A DNA stretch of 64,000 nt from Solirubrobacterales bacterium (GCA_033856415.1 JAWVFA010000045.1:33162-97161); one strand, 5' to 3'; positions 20,183 through 27,911 are shown, counted from the first letter of the stretch. Numbers and translations: made by a program. Notes: generated by a model not told the origin, from the sequence alone.

Positions 20183-21942
20183 CTGCGGATCCCGAGGACG
20201 GCGATCCGCCGGCCGCCGGGGATCGCCACCACGACGTGAGTCTTCAGCCAGCCACGTTGGCGCAGCAGGGTGCGGCCGCCGGCGCTGAGCGGGACCCGAT
20301 AGGTGTGGGCTTGGCCACCGGTGAGGCGGAAGGGGATACGACCGATCATCCGTTGCACCGGCCGGGTGCGAGCCCCGGTCCGGGAGTGGTTGACGATCCG
20401 GAAGCGCGAGCGAAGGACGATCTGGCCTGGACAGTCGGTCCCCGCCGGCCAGAGGCAGGCGACCCGCACCCGCACCTTGTTGGCATCCGCTTTGAGGTTG
20501 GAGAGCCGCAGCGCGACCGGGATCGTCGCCCCCTTGCAGCCGAGCAGGCGGTCTTCGCCGGAGGCGATGTTGAGCGCGTAGGCGCAGACCCGCTGTCGGC
20601 CGGACTTGATCGTCGGCAGGCTGAGGTCGAAGCCGTGGCGGGAACCTGCTTCGGGGAATTCCTGGGCGACGTCGCGGCGGGAGCGCGTGGCGACGGTGCC
20701 GAGCTCATAGATGGCGACCCCCGGCGTGTCCACCTTGCCGCCGACCGAGAGGCGGATCGCCAGCGGTTCGGTGGGAGCGTTGGGGTCGAAGGCCCAGCCG
20801 CGGACGCGGACCTGTCCCGGCGCGGGCGACTGCGCGAGGTCGAGGTAGCCGACCGGGTTGTCGCCCGCGACCAGGGTGGCGGAGCCCACCGTCTCGCCGT
20901 CGACGTAGTTGTTGTCGATGTTGATCGTGATCCCGCCGTAGGTCTCGTTGTGGCCGCCGCGGTACTGGTGGATGCGCCGGTGTGGGCTCCAGGCGCTCGC
21001 CGGCACCACCGGGTCGGCGGTGTTCTGCTGGCCGTTCCAGTTGGCAATCCAGAGGTCGTCGGGGAGGACGTAGCCGGTGCCGATCTGGCCGGCCAGGTCC
21101 TCGATCCCCGAAGCGCTGCTGCTGTAGACGCCGGAGACGTAGCCGAGCGCGTGCAGCTTTTCGGTCCAGGCCTCGAGGAAGGCGAGAGTCGCCGCGGTGG
21201 CGCTCGAGGTCTGACTGTAGGACTCCATGTCGAAGTAGATCGGGCTGCCGGGACCCATCGCGACCGCGCCCGCTTCTTCGACCGCGTCGACTGCCGCTGC
21301 GACACCCTGCGCGGTCGCCTGGCTGGTGGTCAGCTTGGCGCAGCTGGAGCAGGCGCTGGTCGGCGCCTGCAGCCCGACGTAGGTTGGGATCAGGTGCCAG
21401 CCGGCTTCGGTCTGCGCGGCCACCCAGTCCGCCGTCAGGTTCGGCTGCGAGCAGGCCCGGTTGACGCCGCCGATGTAGACGCCGACGGCGCGGTAGGGCG
21501 AGTCCTCCCAGGCAGCCATCGAGCGCGACGAAGGCGCCGTGCAGGCATCGAAGCCAAGGCCGGTGAAGACCGATCCGCCGGCGGAAGCCGTGGCGCGCCG
21601 CGCCAGCGGGGGCAGGGCGGAGGCGCCAGCGGCTTGGGGTTCGACGAGTATCGCCCGCTGCCGCCCGATCGCCTCGGCGGGGCAGCGCTGCTGCGAGGAA
21701 GGCGTGCCTAGGTACACGGCCCGGCGATCGAGCCGCACGCAAATTTGCGGGTCGTCGGCAAGGCGAAAGACGGGCCAGCCCGTGGGCACGCGCACAGCGC
21801 GGCCGTCGAAGTGGACGGTGCGCGCCGCAGCTCCCGTCGCCAGCGCGCCGCAGAGCATTAGCGTCGCGAGCAGGGCAGCCAGCCCCACCGCGACCGGGAA
21901 GGTCGGGCGGCGGATCACGATCAGCACTCTCGGTAAAACCAC
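20179..21942 (-). CDS. Secreted protein with a DUF1906 (Rv2525c-like glycoside-hydrolase-like) domain plus uncharacterised C-terminal domains
   Basis: Signal peptide. GLGFDACTAPSSRSMAAW...YRAVGVYIGG...GWHLIPTYVGLQAP matches DUF1906 as I recall it. Confidence 0.6.
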   Translation of the reverse strand: MVLPRVLIVIRRPTFPVAVGLAALLATLMLCGALATGAAARTVHFDGRAVRVPTGWPVFRLADDPQICVRLDRRAVYLGTPSSQQRCPAEAIGRQRAILVEPQAAGASALPPLARRATASAGGSVFTGLGFDACTAPSSRSMAAWEDSPYRAVGVYIGGVNRACSQPNLTADWVAAQTEAGWHLIPTYVGLQAPTSACSSCAKLTTSQATAQGVAAAVDAVEEAGAVAMGPGSPIYFDMESYSQTSSATAATLAFLEAWTEKLHALGYVSGVYSSSASGIEDLAGQIGTGYVLPDDLWIANWNGQQNTADPVVPASAWSPHRRIHQYRGGHNETYGGITINIDNNYVDGETVGSATLVAGDNPVGYLDLAQSPAPGQVRVRGWAFDPNAPTEPLAIRLSVGGKVDTPGVAIYELGTVATRSRRDVAQEFPEAGSRHGFDLSLPTIKSGRQRVCAYALNIASGEDRLLGCKGATIPVALRLSNLKADANKVRVRVACLWPAGTDCPGQIVLRSRFRIVNHSRTGARTRPVQRMIGRIPFRLTGGQAHTYRVPLSAGGRTLLRQRGWLKTHVVVAIPGGRRIAVLGIRS

Positions 21943-21996
21943 CCCGGCCGGTCAAAAGTCGCGGCCCCGCGGGCAAAACCCTGCAGTCTCGGCGAG

Positions 21997-22040
21997 TGCC
22001 CCGAGCTGGATTCGAACCAGCGGCCTATCCCTTAGGAGGG
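21997..22040. repeat. Partial tRNA-Arg copy (3' 44 nt); att-type direct repeat
   Basis: TGCCCCGAGCTGGATTCGAACCAGCGGCCTATCCCTTAGGAGGG is identical to 25368..25411, which spans the anticodon loop to the 3' end of the intact tRNA. Confidence 0.9.
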
Positions 22041-22202
22041 AGTGTTTGTCAAGCCCCCTGCTTGGCTTAAACGCGGGGTTTCGGCTTGAACCTTCGGTTT
22101 CGCAGGAGGACAGGAGCGGACCCTTGGGGACTCGAGCGGGCAAATCTGTCCCCACCCTCGTCCCTACCAGTCAGCCGCGAATCATGGCGGCAGGGGGTGG
22201 CG

Positions 22203-23153
22203 CTAGTCCTCGAGCTCGGACGCGCGCATCCGCAGCCATTTGTCGAAGTCGGGGTCCTCGAGCATCTCGCTGGGTAGCTTCCGATCCTGGACGAAACGGC
22301 TCTTGAACCTCGCATACAGACCAGCCGCGTCGGTCACGCCTTCCCGCTTCGCCCGATCGTTAGCGACCCCGATGATTCCTCCGAAGCTCTGCTGGATGCT
22401 TTGGACGCTGAGGTTGGGCGTTGCATGGCGTTCCGCCAACTCGCGTAGCACCTCTCTCGCATCTCCCGCGACCGCCGAAATAGTCCCCTCTGCCGTTCGG
22501 AAGCTCCACCAAGTGATCGTCCTGGTGCCCATTTGCACTTTCTCCACTTGACTCGCGAACCGATCCAACCGTTCACGGCGCAGCTTCTCTCCTCTTTTTG
22601 GAACTTCACTGGAGGTGAGATCGGACTGCCCACTGATCAGAACCTCCCCGGCAGGGTCGGTGACCGCGTAAACATGTCCACCAGGCAGAGCCTCTGCGAG
22701 CCGAAAGCAGGCGACCCAGGTCGAGACCCCGGCTGCCAGTACCGCCTTGGTCAGAGGACCCATTTGATCATCTGAGCGAGCCGTCACTAGATCCCTCAAC
22801 CAAGCTCCGGGAACGAGCAGCTCTGCGGCAAATCGATTGGCCTCAGGCTCGTCTGCCCGGGCGGACCAATCCCCTTCGTGCGTATCGCAGACGAAGTTTC
22901 CGATGTGCCATGGCAGCAGTATGTGCCCCAACTCGTGAGCGAGCGTGAATCGCTGACGAGTCTCGTGCTGAGTGTCGTCGATCAGAACCAGCGGCCGCCG
23001 TCGGTCCAACCCCACGACCAAGCCGTCGCACTGCGTCGGGATATTGTCGACCTCAACCTCGGCGAACTCCCGTGCAAGTCCCCAAACGTCGACCGGCGGG
23101 TTAAGGGCGTACTTGTTGACCAGCCGCTCCGCGGCCTTTGCCTCTCGTCTCAA
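22203..23153 (-). CDS. ImmA/IrrE-family (DUF955, COG2856) Zn-metallopeptidase fused to a ~180-aa unknown C-terminal domain
   Basis: HELGH (HEXXH) followed by EPEANRFAAELLVP, the standard ImmA/IrrE motif pair. The TTG start overlaps the upstream stop (TTGA). Confidence 0.8.
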   Translation of the reverse strand: MRREAKAAERLVNKYALNPPVDVWGLAREFAEVEVDNIPTQCDGLVVGLDRRRPLVLIDDTQHETRQRFTLAHELGHILLPWHIGNFVCDTHEGDWSARADEPEANRFAAELLVPGAWLRDLVTARSDDQMGPLTKAVLAAGVSTWVACFRLAEALPGGHVYAVTDPAGEVLISGQSDLTSSEVPKRGEKLRRERLDRFASQVEKVQMGTRTITWWSFRTAEGTISAVAGDAREVLRELAERHATPNLSVQSIQQSFGGIIGVANDRAKREGVTDAAGLYARFKSRFVQDRKLPSEMLEDPDFDKWLRMRASELED

Positions 23154-23476
23154 TCGGCTTGAAGGCGTCCGGTGCGCTGCAACCAGCGCCGCACCTTCTC
23201 GGCCTCCTGCTGGCCGAGCCCACGCGCTGCCACAAGCTGCTCGTCGGAGCGCTGGATCAAGTTCTCGACCGGTTCATCGAGCTCATGCGCCGCAAGGATG
23301 AACCGCAAAGAGGTCGGCTGCTCCACGTAGAGGTCGTACTCCCCCCGGGTCATCCCAAGGAAATCCGCGATCGACGTCTCTGACGATTCAGAGCTGTGCC
23401 AGTGCTCTATGTAGTCCTCGATCTCGGTCCAGAGCGCATCTCCGGAGAGGACATCTTGAACGTAGTTCTCAGACAT
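23150..23476 (-). CDS. Acidic 108-aa protein; candidate immunity/antitoxin partner, possibly HTH-like
   Basis: A strong SD (GGGAGG) lies 7 nt upstream of the ATG. The ATG sits inside the last codons of the toxin gene (ATGTCTGA overlap). The protein is rich in Asp and Glu. I recognise no family. Confidence 0.6.
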   Translation of the reverse strand: MSENYVQDVLSGDALWTEIEDYIEHWHSSESSETSIADFLGMTRGEYDLYVEQPTSLRFILAAHELDEPVENLIQRSDEQLVAARGLGQQEAEKVRRWLQRTGRLQAD

Positions 23477-23657
23477 CGATTCGCCTCCCTTTAACGGGAT
23501 CTTTCTCCTTCACGCCGGTGGTCGCATTGAGCGTGCCGAGATGCCAGCCGCGCCGATCGTAGACCTCGATCTCGCCATGAAGCTCGTCCCACTCGTAGTA
23601 GCGGTCGCCGTCCTCGTTGCGCCAGCGCTGTACGCCGCGACGCGAGACCTTGACCAT
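23469..23657 (-). CDS. Stand-alone colicin-E3-like cytotoxic rRNase domain protein (62 aa from the ATG; 92 aa if the TTG at 23747 is used)
   Basis: RWRNEDGDRYYEWDELHGEIEVYDRRGWHLGTLNATTGVKEKDPVKGRRI aligns with the colicin E3 C-terminus RWTGDKGRKIYEWDSQHGELEGYRASDGQHLGSFDPKTGNQLKGPDPKRNI (recalled from memory). The Asp/His/Glu residues of the YEWD-xx-HGE motif are conserved. Confidence 0.7.
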   Translation of the reverse strand: MVKVSRRGVQRWRNEDGDRYYEWDELHGEIEVYDRRGWHLGTLNATTGVKEKDPVKGRRIDV

Positions 23658-23706
23658 CTGATCGAGAAAGCAGGGACTTGGACGCGGCACGGACGGCAGC
23701 GTAACC

Positions 23707-23736
23707 TTGCATGTCTTTTTGAGTCCCAAACATAAT
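23707..23736 (+). promoter_or_regulatory. Candidate sigma-70-type promoter for the 23750 ORF
   Basis: TTGCAT, 18-nt spacer, CATAAT, ending 13 nt before the ATG, inside a locally AT-rich divergent intergenic region. CATAAT...ATTATG also forms a 6-bp inverted repeat here. Confidence 0.35.
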
Positions 23737-23749
23737 CTAAGACGCAATT

Positions 23750-24274
23750 ATGAACATAGATCCAGACAGTATTCGTCTTGTTGGCGAGGCGGACCTCCTT
23801 GAGCTCGCGCATGTTGGCCGGGGCGCATGGAACGGCTGGATCAAGAATGGCCACGTCAGCCCTTCCGCGACCGGTCTGTATGCAGAGCACGACGTGATCC
23901 AAGTCACCGTGCTCAAGCTCCTCGGCGACTCGCTGCCGATGTCGAAGGCGGCGATTGCCTGGCGAGACTGTGAAGCCGCCGTGATTCAGTGCTGTGCCAA
24001 CCGGGGGCTCGAGGATGAGGATCCCGTCGATCTAGTGGTCGATCTTCAAACGCTCGCCGCCCATCTCGCTGAGGGATCCAGGGACCTTTTCAACAAGATC
24101 CACCGTCCCGTTCCGGGTCCGCGCGGACACCTAGTCATACCCCTGTCGGCAGTCGTGCAGGAGGCACGGGCCAGCTTCTGGCGACGGGCGCGACCGGCAT
24201 CGGATTTCGCCACCGACAAGCGCCGCAAGCCCGCTGCCCGCCGCAGTTCTGCCGGCGCTCCCCGCCGCGCTTGA
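23750..24274 (+). CDS. Hypothetical protein (possible excisionase/MerR-like N-terminal HTH, basic tail)
   Basis: 174-aa ORF with an ATG start, divergent from the toxin operon. The N-terminal LVGEADLLELAHVGRGAWNGWIKNGHV looks HTH-like; this is a weak call. Confidence 0.5.
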   Translation: MNIDPDSIRLVGEADLLELAHVGRGAWNGWIKNGHVSPSATGLYAEHDVIQVTVLKLLGDSLPMSKAAIAWRDCEAAVIQCCANRGLEDEDPVDLVVDLQTLAAHLAEGSRDLFNKIHRPVPGPRGHLVIPLSAVVQEARASFWRRARPASDFATDKRRKPAARRSSAGAPRRA

Positions 24275-24382
24275 TTTCCTCGACCAACTCGGACTAGAAG
24301 CGACGATCAACGTCGTAGCGCCACACGCTGAGTCCGCGCATGCCAACCCGCTACGTCCTCTTCTGTTCCTACGGTTCTTTAA

Positions 24383-25231
24383 GTGCAGCGTAAAGATCTG
24401 ATCGTCGGTGAGCAGTACCTCGTCGTGCGTGGTCACCGCACGCGACGAGTGACCCTGCTCGATAAAGAATCAGCAGCGATAACCCCTGGATATGTCGAAG
24501 TCGAATTTCGTGAAGGAGCTAAGGCGGGAGAAAAGGCGCAGGTGTTTTGCGGCTCTATAAACCCGCTGCCAGGCAAGGTCTCCGCGGCTCGCAAGCGACC
24601 CCCGAAAAAGGCAAAGCGGGCACTTTGGCTCATCGCCCCCGATGATTGGGAGCCACGGCCGGGCGAGACTGTGACGTGGAGCAAAACCGGCGATATCCGC
24701 CTTGATGTGCTCACCTACGACTCCGCCGCCAAAGTGGCAGTAGTCCAGGGCAGAATTTTCGGTGTCCTGGAGGAGTACCAGGCTCCTCGAATCGAGTTGG
24801 CTCCCGTCGTGCGGCAACAAGAGAGCTTCGAGGGTGAGGGAGACGCGGCAGAAGAACAGTACGAGGAGGATTTGGTCGCGGATCCTGCACCCCGAGAGCC
24901 TGCCGGGGTCGTGGCGATCAAGCACGACGATCTCATCGATCGTCTGACCTTCTCGCCGAAATGCATCGATTTCTATCGACGCCGCTTCGCGAAGGGCGTC
25001 TCTATGGCTGAGGCTGATCGCCGACTCCGACGTGAGTTGTGCGAAGCGGAGATGGTCAGGCCGAGGGCGACCGGTGATTACCTTCGATTTCGCCGGCGCG
25101 GGCGCTTTGACGTGATCCTCAAAAAACGGCCGGTGGTGGAGGATCCCTCAACCACCTACATCACTTCGCTTTATCTGCCCACGCATAGGGCCAGGTCCAA
25201 GCGGGCGAAGAAGACGAAGCAGGCCGCTTAG
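24383..25231 (+). CDS. Hypothetical protein, 282 aa, no recognisable family
   Basis: GTG start. Contains basic patches (KRPPKKAKR and the C-terminal RSKRAKKTKQAA). It is followed by a hairpin terminator. Confidence 0.5.
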   Translation: MQRKDLIVGEQYLVVRGHRTRRVTLLDKESAAITPGYVEVEFREGAKAGEKAQVFCGSINPLPGKVSAARKRPPKKAKRALWLIAPDDWEPRPGETVTWSKTGDIRLDVLTYDSAAKVAVVQGRIFGVLEEYQAPRIELAPVVRQQESFEGEGDAAEEQYEEDLVADPAPREPAGVVAIKHDDLIDRLTFSPKCIDFYRRRFAKGVSMAEADRRLRRELCEAEMVRPRATGDYLRFRRRGRFDVILKKRPVVEDPSTTYITSLYLPTHRARSKRAKKTKQAA

Positions 25232-25240
25232 AAGTCGAGA

Positions 25241-25273
25241 GGACTGAAGGAGCCACCTTCAGTCCTTCGTTCG
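25241..25273 (+). terminator. Hairpin terminator after the 24383 ORF
   Basis: GGACTGAAGG-agcca-CCTTCAGTCC followed by TTCGTTCGG. Confidence 0.45.
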
Positions 25274-25367
25274 GTAGAGCTACCCCTGTGACGCATCGAG
25301 CCAAGGTAGGGACAGAAGTGTCGAAGTCGGGGAGGCGGCTATTTGGCTCTGCGAGCAGTTCTGAAAA

Positions 25368-25441
25368 TGCCCCGAGCTGGATTCGAACCAGCGGCCTATC
25401 CCTTAGGAGGGGATCGCTCTATCCATCTGAGCTATCGGGGC
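25368..25441 (-). tRNA. tRNA-Arg (anticodon CCT)
   Basis: The reverse complement is GCCCCGATAGCTCAGATGGATAGAGCGATCCCCTCCTAAGGGATAGGCCGCTGGTTCGAATCCAGCTCGGGGCA. It forms a full cloverleaf with a 7-bp acceptor stem and a GTTCGAATC T-loop. CCA is not encoded. Confidence 0.95.
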
Positions 25442-25597
25442 GGGAGTTGAATTCTCGCTTAGTTGGCCAAGGCTTGTCGAAGTTGGCCCGAAGTGCGCGC
25501 CACGGGTGCGGCCTGGCCCGGCAGGATCGCTTGCATGAAGACTGCAGAGGTATTCGACATGTCCGCAACACGGGATAATGTGCTGCACATGTCCAAG

Positions 25598-25822
25598 ATG
25601 ATTCAGATCAGGAACGTGCCCGACGACCTGCATCGGGCACTGAAGATGCGGGCGGCGGCGGCGGGGATGAGCATGTCCGACTACATCAAGCGCGAGCTCG
25701 ATCTGCGGACCCGCAAGTCGACGATCCGGGAGATCGCCGCGAGAAGGGACGCGCGAGGGAGTAAGTCGACCGGCACCACTCAGCAGACGGTCGACATCAT
25801 CCGCGAAGCGCGAGGTGACTGA
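25598..25822 (+). CDS. vapB: VapB/FitA-like antitoxin (ribbon-helix-helix type)
   Basis: MIQIRNVPDDLHRALKMRAAAAGMSMSDYIKREL is a typical FitA/VapB-type N-terminus. The gene lies directly upstream of a PIN gene. An alternative start is at 25589. Confidence 0.75.
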   Translation: MIQIRNVPDDLHRALKMRAAAAGMSMSDYIKRELDLRTRKSTIREIAARRDARGSKSTGTTQQTVDIIREARGD

Positions 25823-26221
25823 ATGGCGGTCGTCGACGCTTCCGTGGTGGTCGAGTTCCTCGGTGGGGATGAGCACACGCTTGCACTCGATCAGCGATTG
25901 GAGGCCGAAGAACACATCCTCTGGGCTCCGCATCTGATCGACGCCGAGGTTGGGCATGCCCTGCGCCGCAAGGTGCGTTTGGGGCAGATGGATGCCGAGA
26001 CCGCGGCGGAGGCCCTCTGGGAGATCAACGAGCTGCCGCTGCGTCGCATCGAGCACGAACATCTGGTCCACATCGCCTGGGACCTGCGCGACAACTTCAG
26101 CTTCTATGACAGCCTCTACATCGCCCTTGCCCTGGTGCTCGGCGAACCGCTGCTCACCTTCGACGCGCGGCTGGCGCGTTCGGGCGTCGACGTCCCCGTC
26201 GAGGTCCTCGGTCAGGCGTAG
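25823..26221 (+). CDS. vapC: PIN-domain ribonuclease toxin VapC
   Basis: MAVVDASVVVEFL (Asp5)...FYDSLYIALA...LLTFDARL are the conserved PIN acidic residues. The ATG immediately follows the vapB stop. Confidence 0.85.
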   Translation: MAVVDASVVVEFLGGDEHTLALDQRLEAEEHILWAPHLIDAEVGHALRRKVRLGQMDAETAAEALWEINELPLRRIEHEHLVHIAWDLRDNFSFYDSLYIALALVLGEPLLTFDARLARSGVDVPVEVLGQA

Positions 26222-26838
26222 AGAGTCTCGGAGGCGAGCTCGTCGGCGCGACGGCTCCAGAGCTTGACTTCCATGAAGATCTCGTCGCCGTAGCCCTCGA
26301 GCGCGTCAAGCGCGATCAGGGTGAAGCGGCCCTGGGAGATCAGCTCCTGGTCGACGGTCTCGGTCTCCAGCACGGCGGTGGCGGCGACGGCGCCGCGGAC
26401 CAGGGGCCTGCCCCAGACGAGGGTGACCGCTCCGGCGCGGCCGTTCTCCCCGCGCCAGCGGCCAACGACGTCGTCGTTGAGGTCGATGCGCCAGTCCGGG
26501 TTGTCGGCGGCGAGGATGTCGGTGAAGTCGGCCTTGGCGGCGAAGTCGGCCGGCTCGCCCTCCAGCGGCTGCACGTAGGAGACATGCCCGAACAGCTCCA
26601 GGCGTCCCTCCTCACTCTCCGTGTGGGCAGAGCAGGGGATCCAAACACGGCCGCCCCAGGCGCGCTCGGGAAACCAGTCGACCTCGGCCGGCACCTCGGC
26701 GCCGGCCGGCAGGTCTTCGATCGCCGCGACAGCTTTGGCGAACTCCTCGCGCAGTCGCTCGGCGAAGCGCCCGTGCGGGATCCCCTCTTGGGTCGTGTCG
26801 GCGATGAAGCGCGGGATCGGTCGCGGGGTCGGTTGCAT
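26212..26838 (-). CDS. Hypothetical protein (208 aa) translationally coupled to galT
   Basis: The internal ATG at 26838 overlaps the galT stop (TAATG). The upstream part of the track ORF overlaps galT in another frame. I recognise no family. Confidence 0.5.
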   Translation of the reverse strand: MQPTPRPIPRFIADTTQEGIPHGRFAERLREEFAKAVAAIEDLPAGAEVPAEVDWFPERAWGGRVWIPCSAHTESEEGRLELFGHVSYVQPLEGEPADFAAKADFTDILAADNPDWRIDLNDDVVGRWRGENGRAGAVTLVWGRPLVRGAVAATAVLETETVDQELISQGRFTLIALDALEGYGDEIFMEVKLWSRRADELASETLYA

Positions 26839-27911
26839 TAGAGGCGCTCCCTCAGGTCGGCAGCCGCCCGCTCCGGCGGGTAGACGTTGATGTCGACGCC
26901 GGTGCCGAGCTCGAAGCCGGCCTTGATCGTCAGGCGGGGGGCCATGTCGACGTGCCAGTGGAACTGCTCGGCGCCGCGGGGGGCGGTGCGGATCCAGAGG
27001 TTCAGCTCCGGCGGGCCATCGAAGAGTTTGGCGAGGACGCGCATCGCGGTATGGATCATCGCCGCCCCGGACTCGTCCTCCTCGAAGCGCCCTGTCTCCC
27101 GGCGCGGGATCACCCGCAGCTCGAACGGGGAGCGGGAGGCCCAAGGGCAGACCAGCGCCGCCTCGTCGTCGATCGCAACCAGCCGCTCCTTGCGCCGAAC
27201 CTCCTCGACGAGGACGTCGCTCAAGAGACCACCGCCGGCGGTGCGTTCGCCGTAAGCGCCGACCCGCTCGCGCTCGCGGGCGACCGCCGTGGGGACGAAC
27301 GGGAGCGCGTAGAGCTGTGCGTGCGTGTGCTCGAGCGAGGCCCCGGCGCCGCCGCCCTCGTTGACGATCAGCTGCAGGTACGAAGCCTCGGAGTGTGCCC
27401 GCATCCGCTCGCGCCAGGTGGCGATCGCTGCGGCGAACTGCTCGTCGGAGAGCTCGGCCATCGCCGTCACGTGCTGCGGCCCGTTGATCAGCACCTCGTG
27501 GGCACCCTTGGCCGGGCGCGAGGAGAAGAGGTCGGGTTCGCCGGCCCGTTTGGTGGCCAGCAACGGGTCGCCGGCGCTGGCGAAAGCACCCGGGTCAGCG
27601 GCGGGACTGCTCGCAGTCGCTTTGGTCGCCTCCTGGTTGACCAAGGCGCCTTCCGCCGTCCCGAGCGCCGGATAGAGGTTGGGGACGACCCGCGTGGTCC
27701 AGCCGGGCCCGTCGGGCTCGCCGCCATCCGGGCGCGTCGCGTAGAGCTCGGACGGGGTGCGGTCCTCGCGCCCCTCGCAGAAGGGGCAGTTATCGGCACC
27801 TTTCGGCTCGCTCGGGCGGGCCGAGAAGCTGTCCGGGCGCGCGGCCCGGCCGGGGGCGAGGATCGTCCTCAGCCCCGACAGCTGGTCGATGCGTATCTCG
27901 GGCGCGCTCAG
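26838..27911 (-). CDS. galT: Galactose-1-phosphate uridylyltransferase (HIT superfamily)
   Basis: Reading upstream of the track ORF in the same frame gives [21 protein letters not shown]...CPFCEGRE...VVPNLYPA, followed by the HxHxQ-type motif LEHTHAQL. No ATG, GTG or TTG lies upstream of 27644, so the start is uncertain; the CTG at 27911 overlaps the SPFH stop. Confidence 0.8.
   Translation of the reverse strand: MSAPEIRIDQLSGLRTILAPGRAARPDSFSARPSEPKGADNCPFCEGREDRTPSELYATRPDGGEPDGPGWTTRVVPNLYPALGTAEGALVNQEATKATASSPAADPGAFASAGDPLLATKRAGEPDLFSSRPAKGAHEVLINGPQHVTAMAELSDEQFAAAIATWRERMRAHSEASYLQLIVNEGGGAGASLEHTHAQLYALPFVPTAVARERERVGAYGERTAGGGLLSDVLVEEVRRKERLVAIDDEAALVCPWASRSPFELRVIPRRETGRFEEDESGAAMIHTAMRVLAKLFDGPPELNLWIRTAPRGAEQFHWHVDMAPRLTIKAGFELGTGVDINVYPPERAAADLRERL

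Larger units (their letters stand above)
21997..25441. mobile_element. Integrase-less genomic islet inserted at tRNA-Arg(CCT)
   Basis: Bounded by an exact 44-bp direct repeat. GC content is visibly lower; for example 23701-23760 is 21/60 G+C. Gene content is orphan-like. No recombinase-like ORF is seen. Confidence 0.7.

Noticed and set aside
22041-25367. Search for an integrase, transposase or relaxase inside the tRNA-Arg islet.
   Set aside because: None of the five ORFs, nor the small shadow ORFs, shows the R..HxxR..Y tyrosine-recombinase pattern, serine-recombinase motifs or DDE motifs. I therefore did not annotate any recombinase. The absence is reported as a finding, not as a feature.
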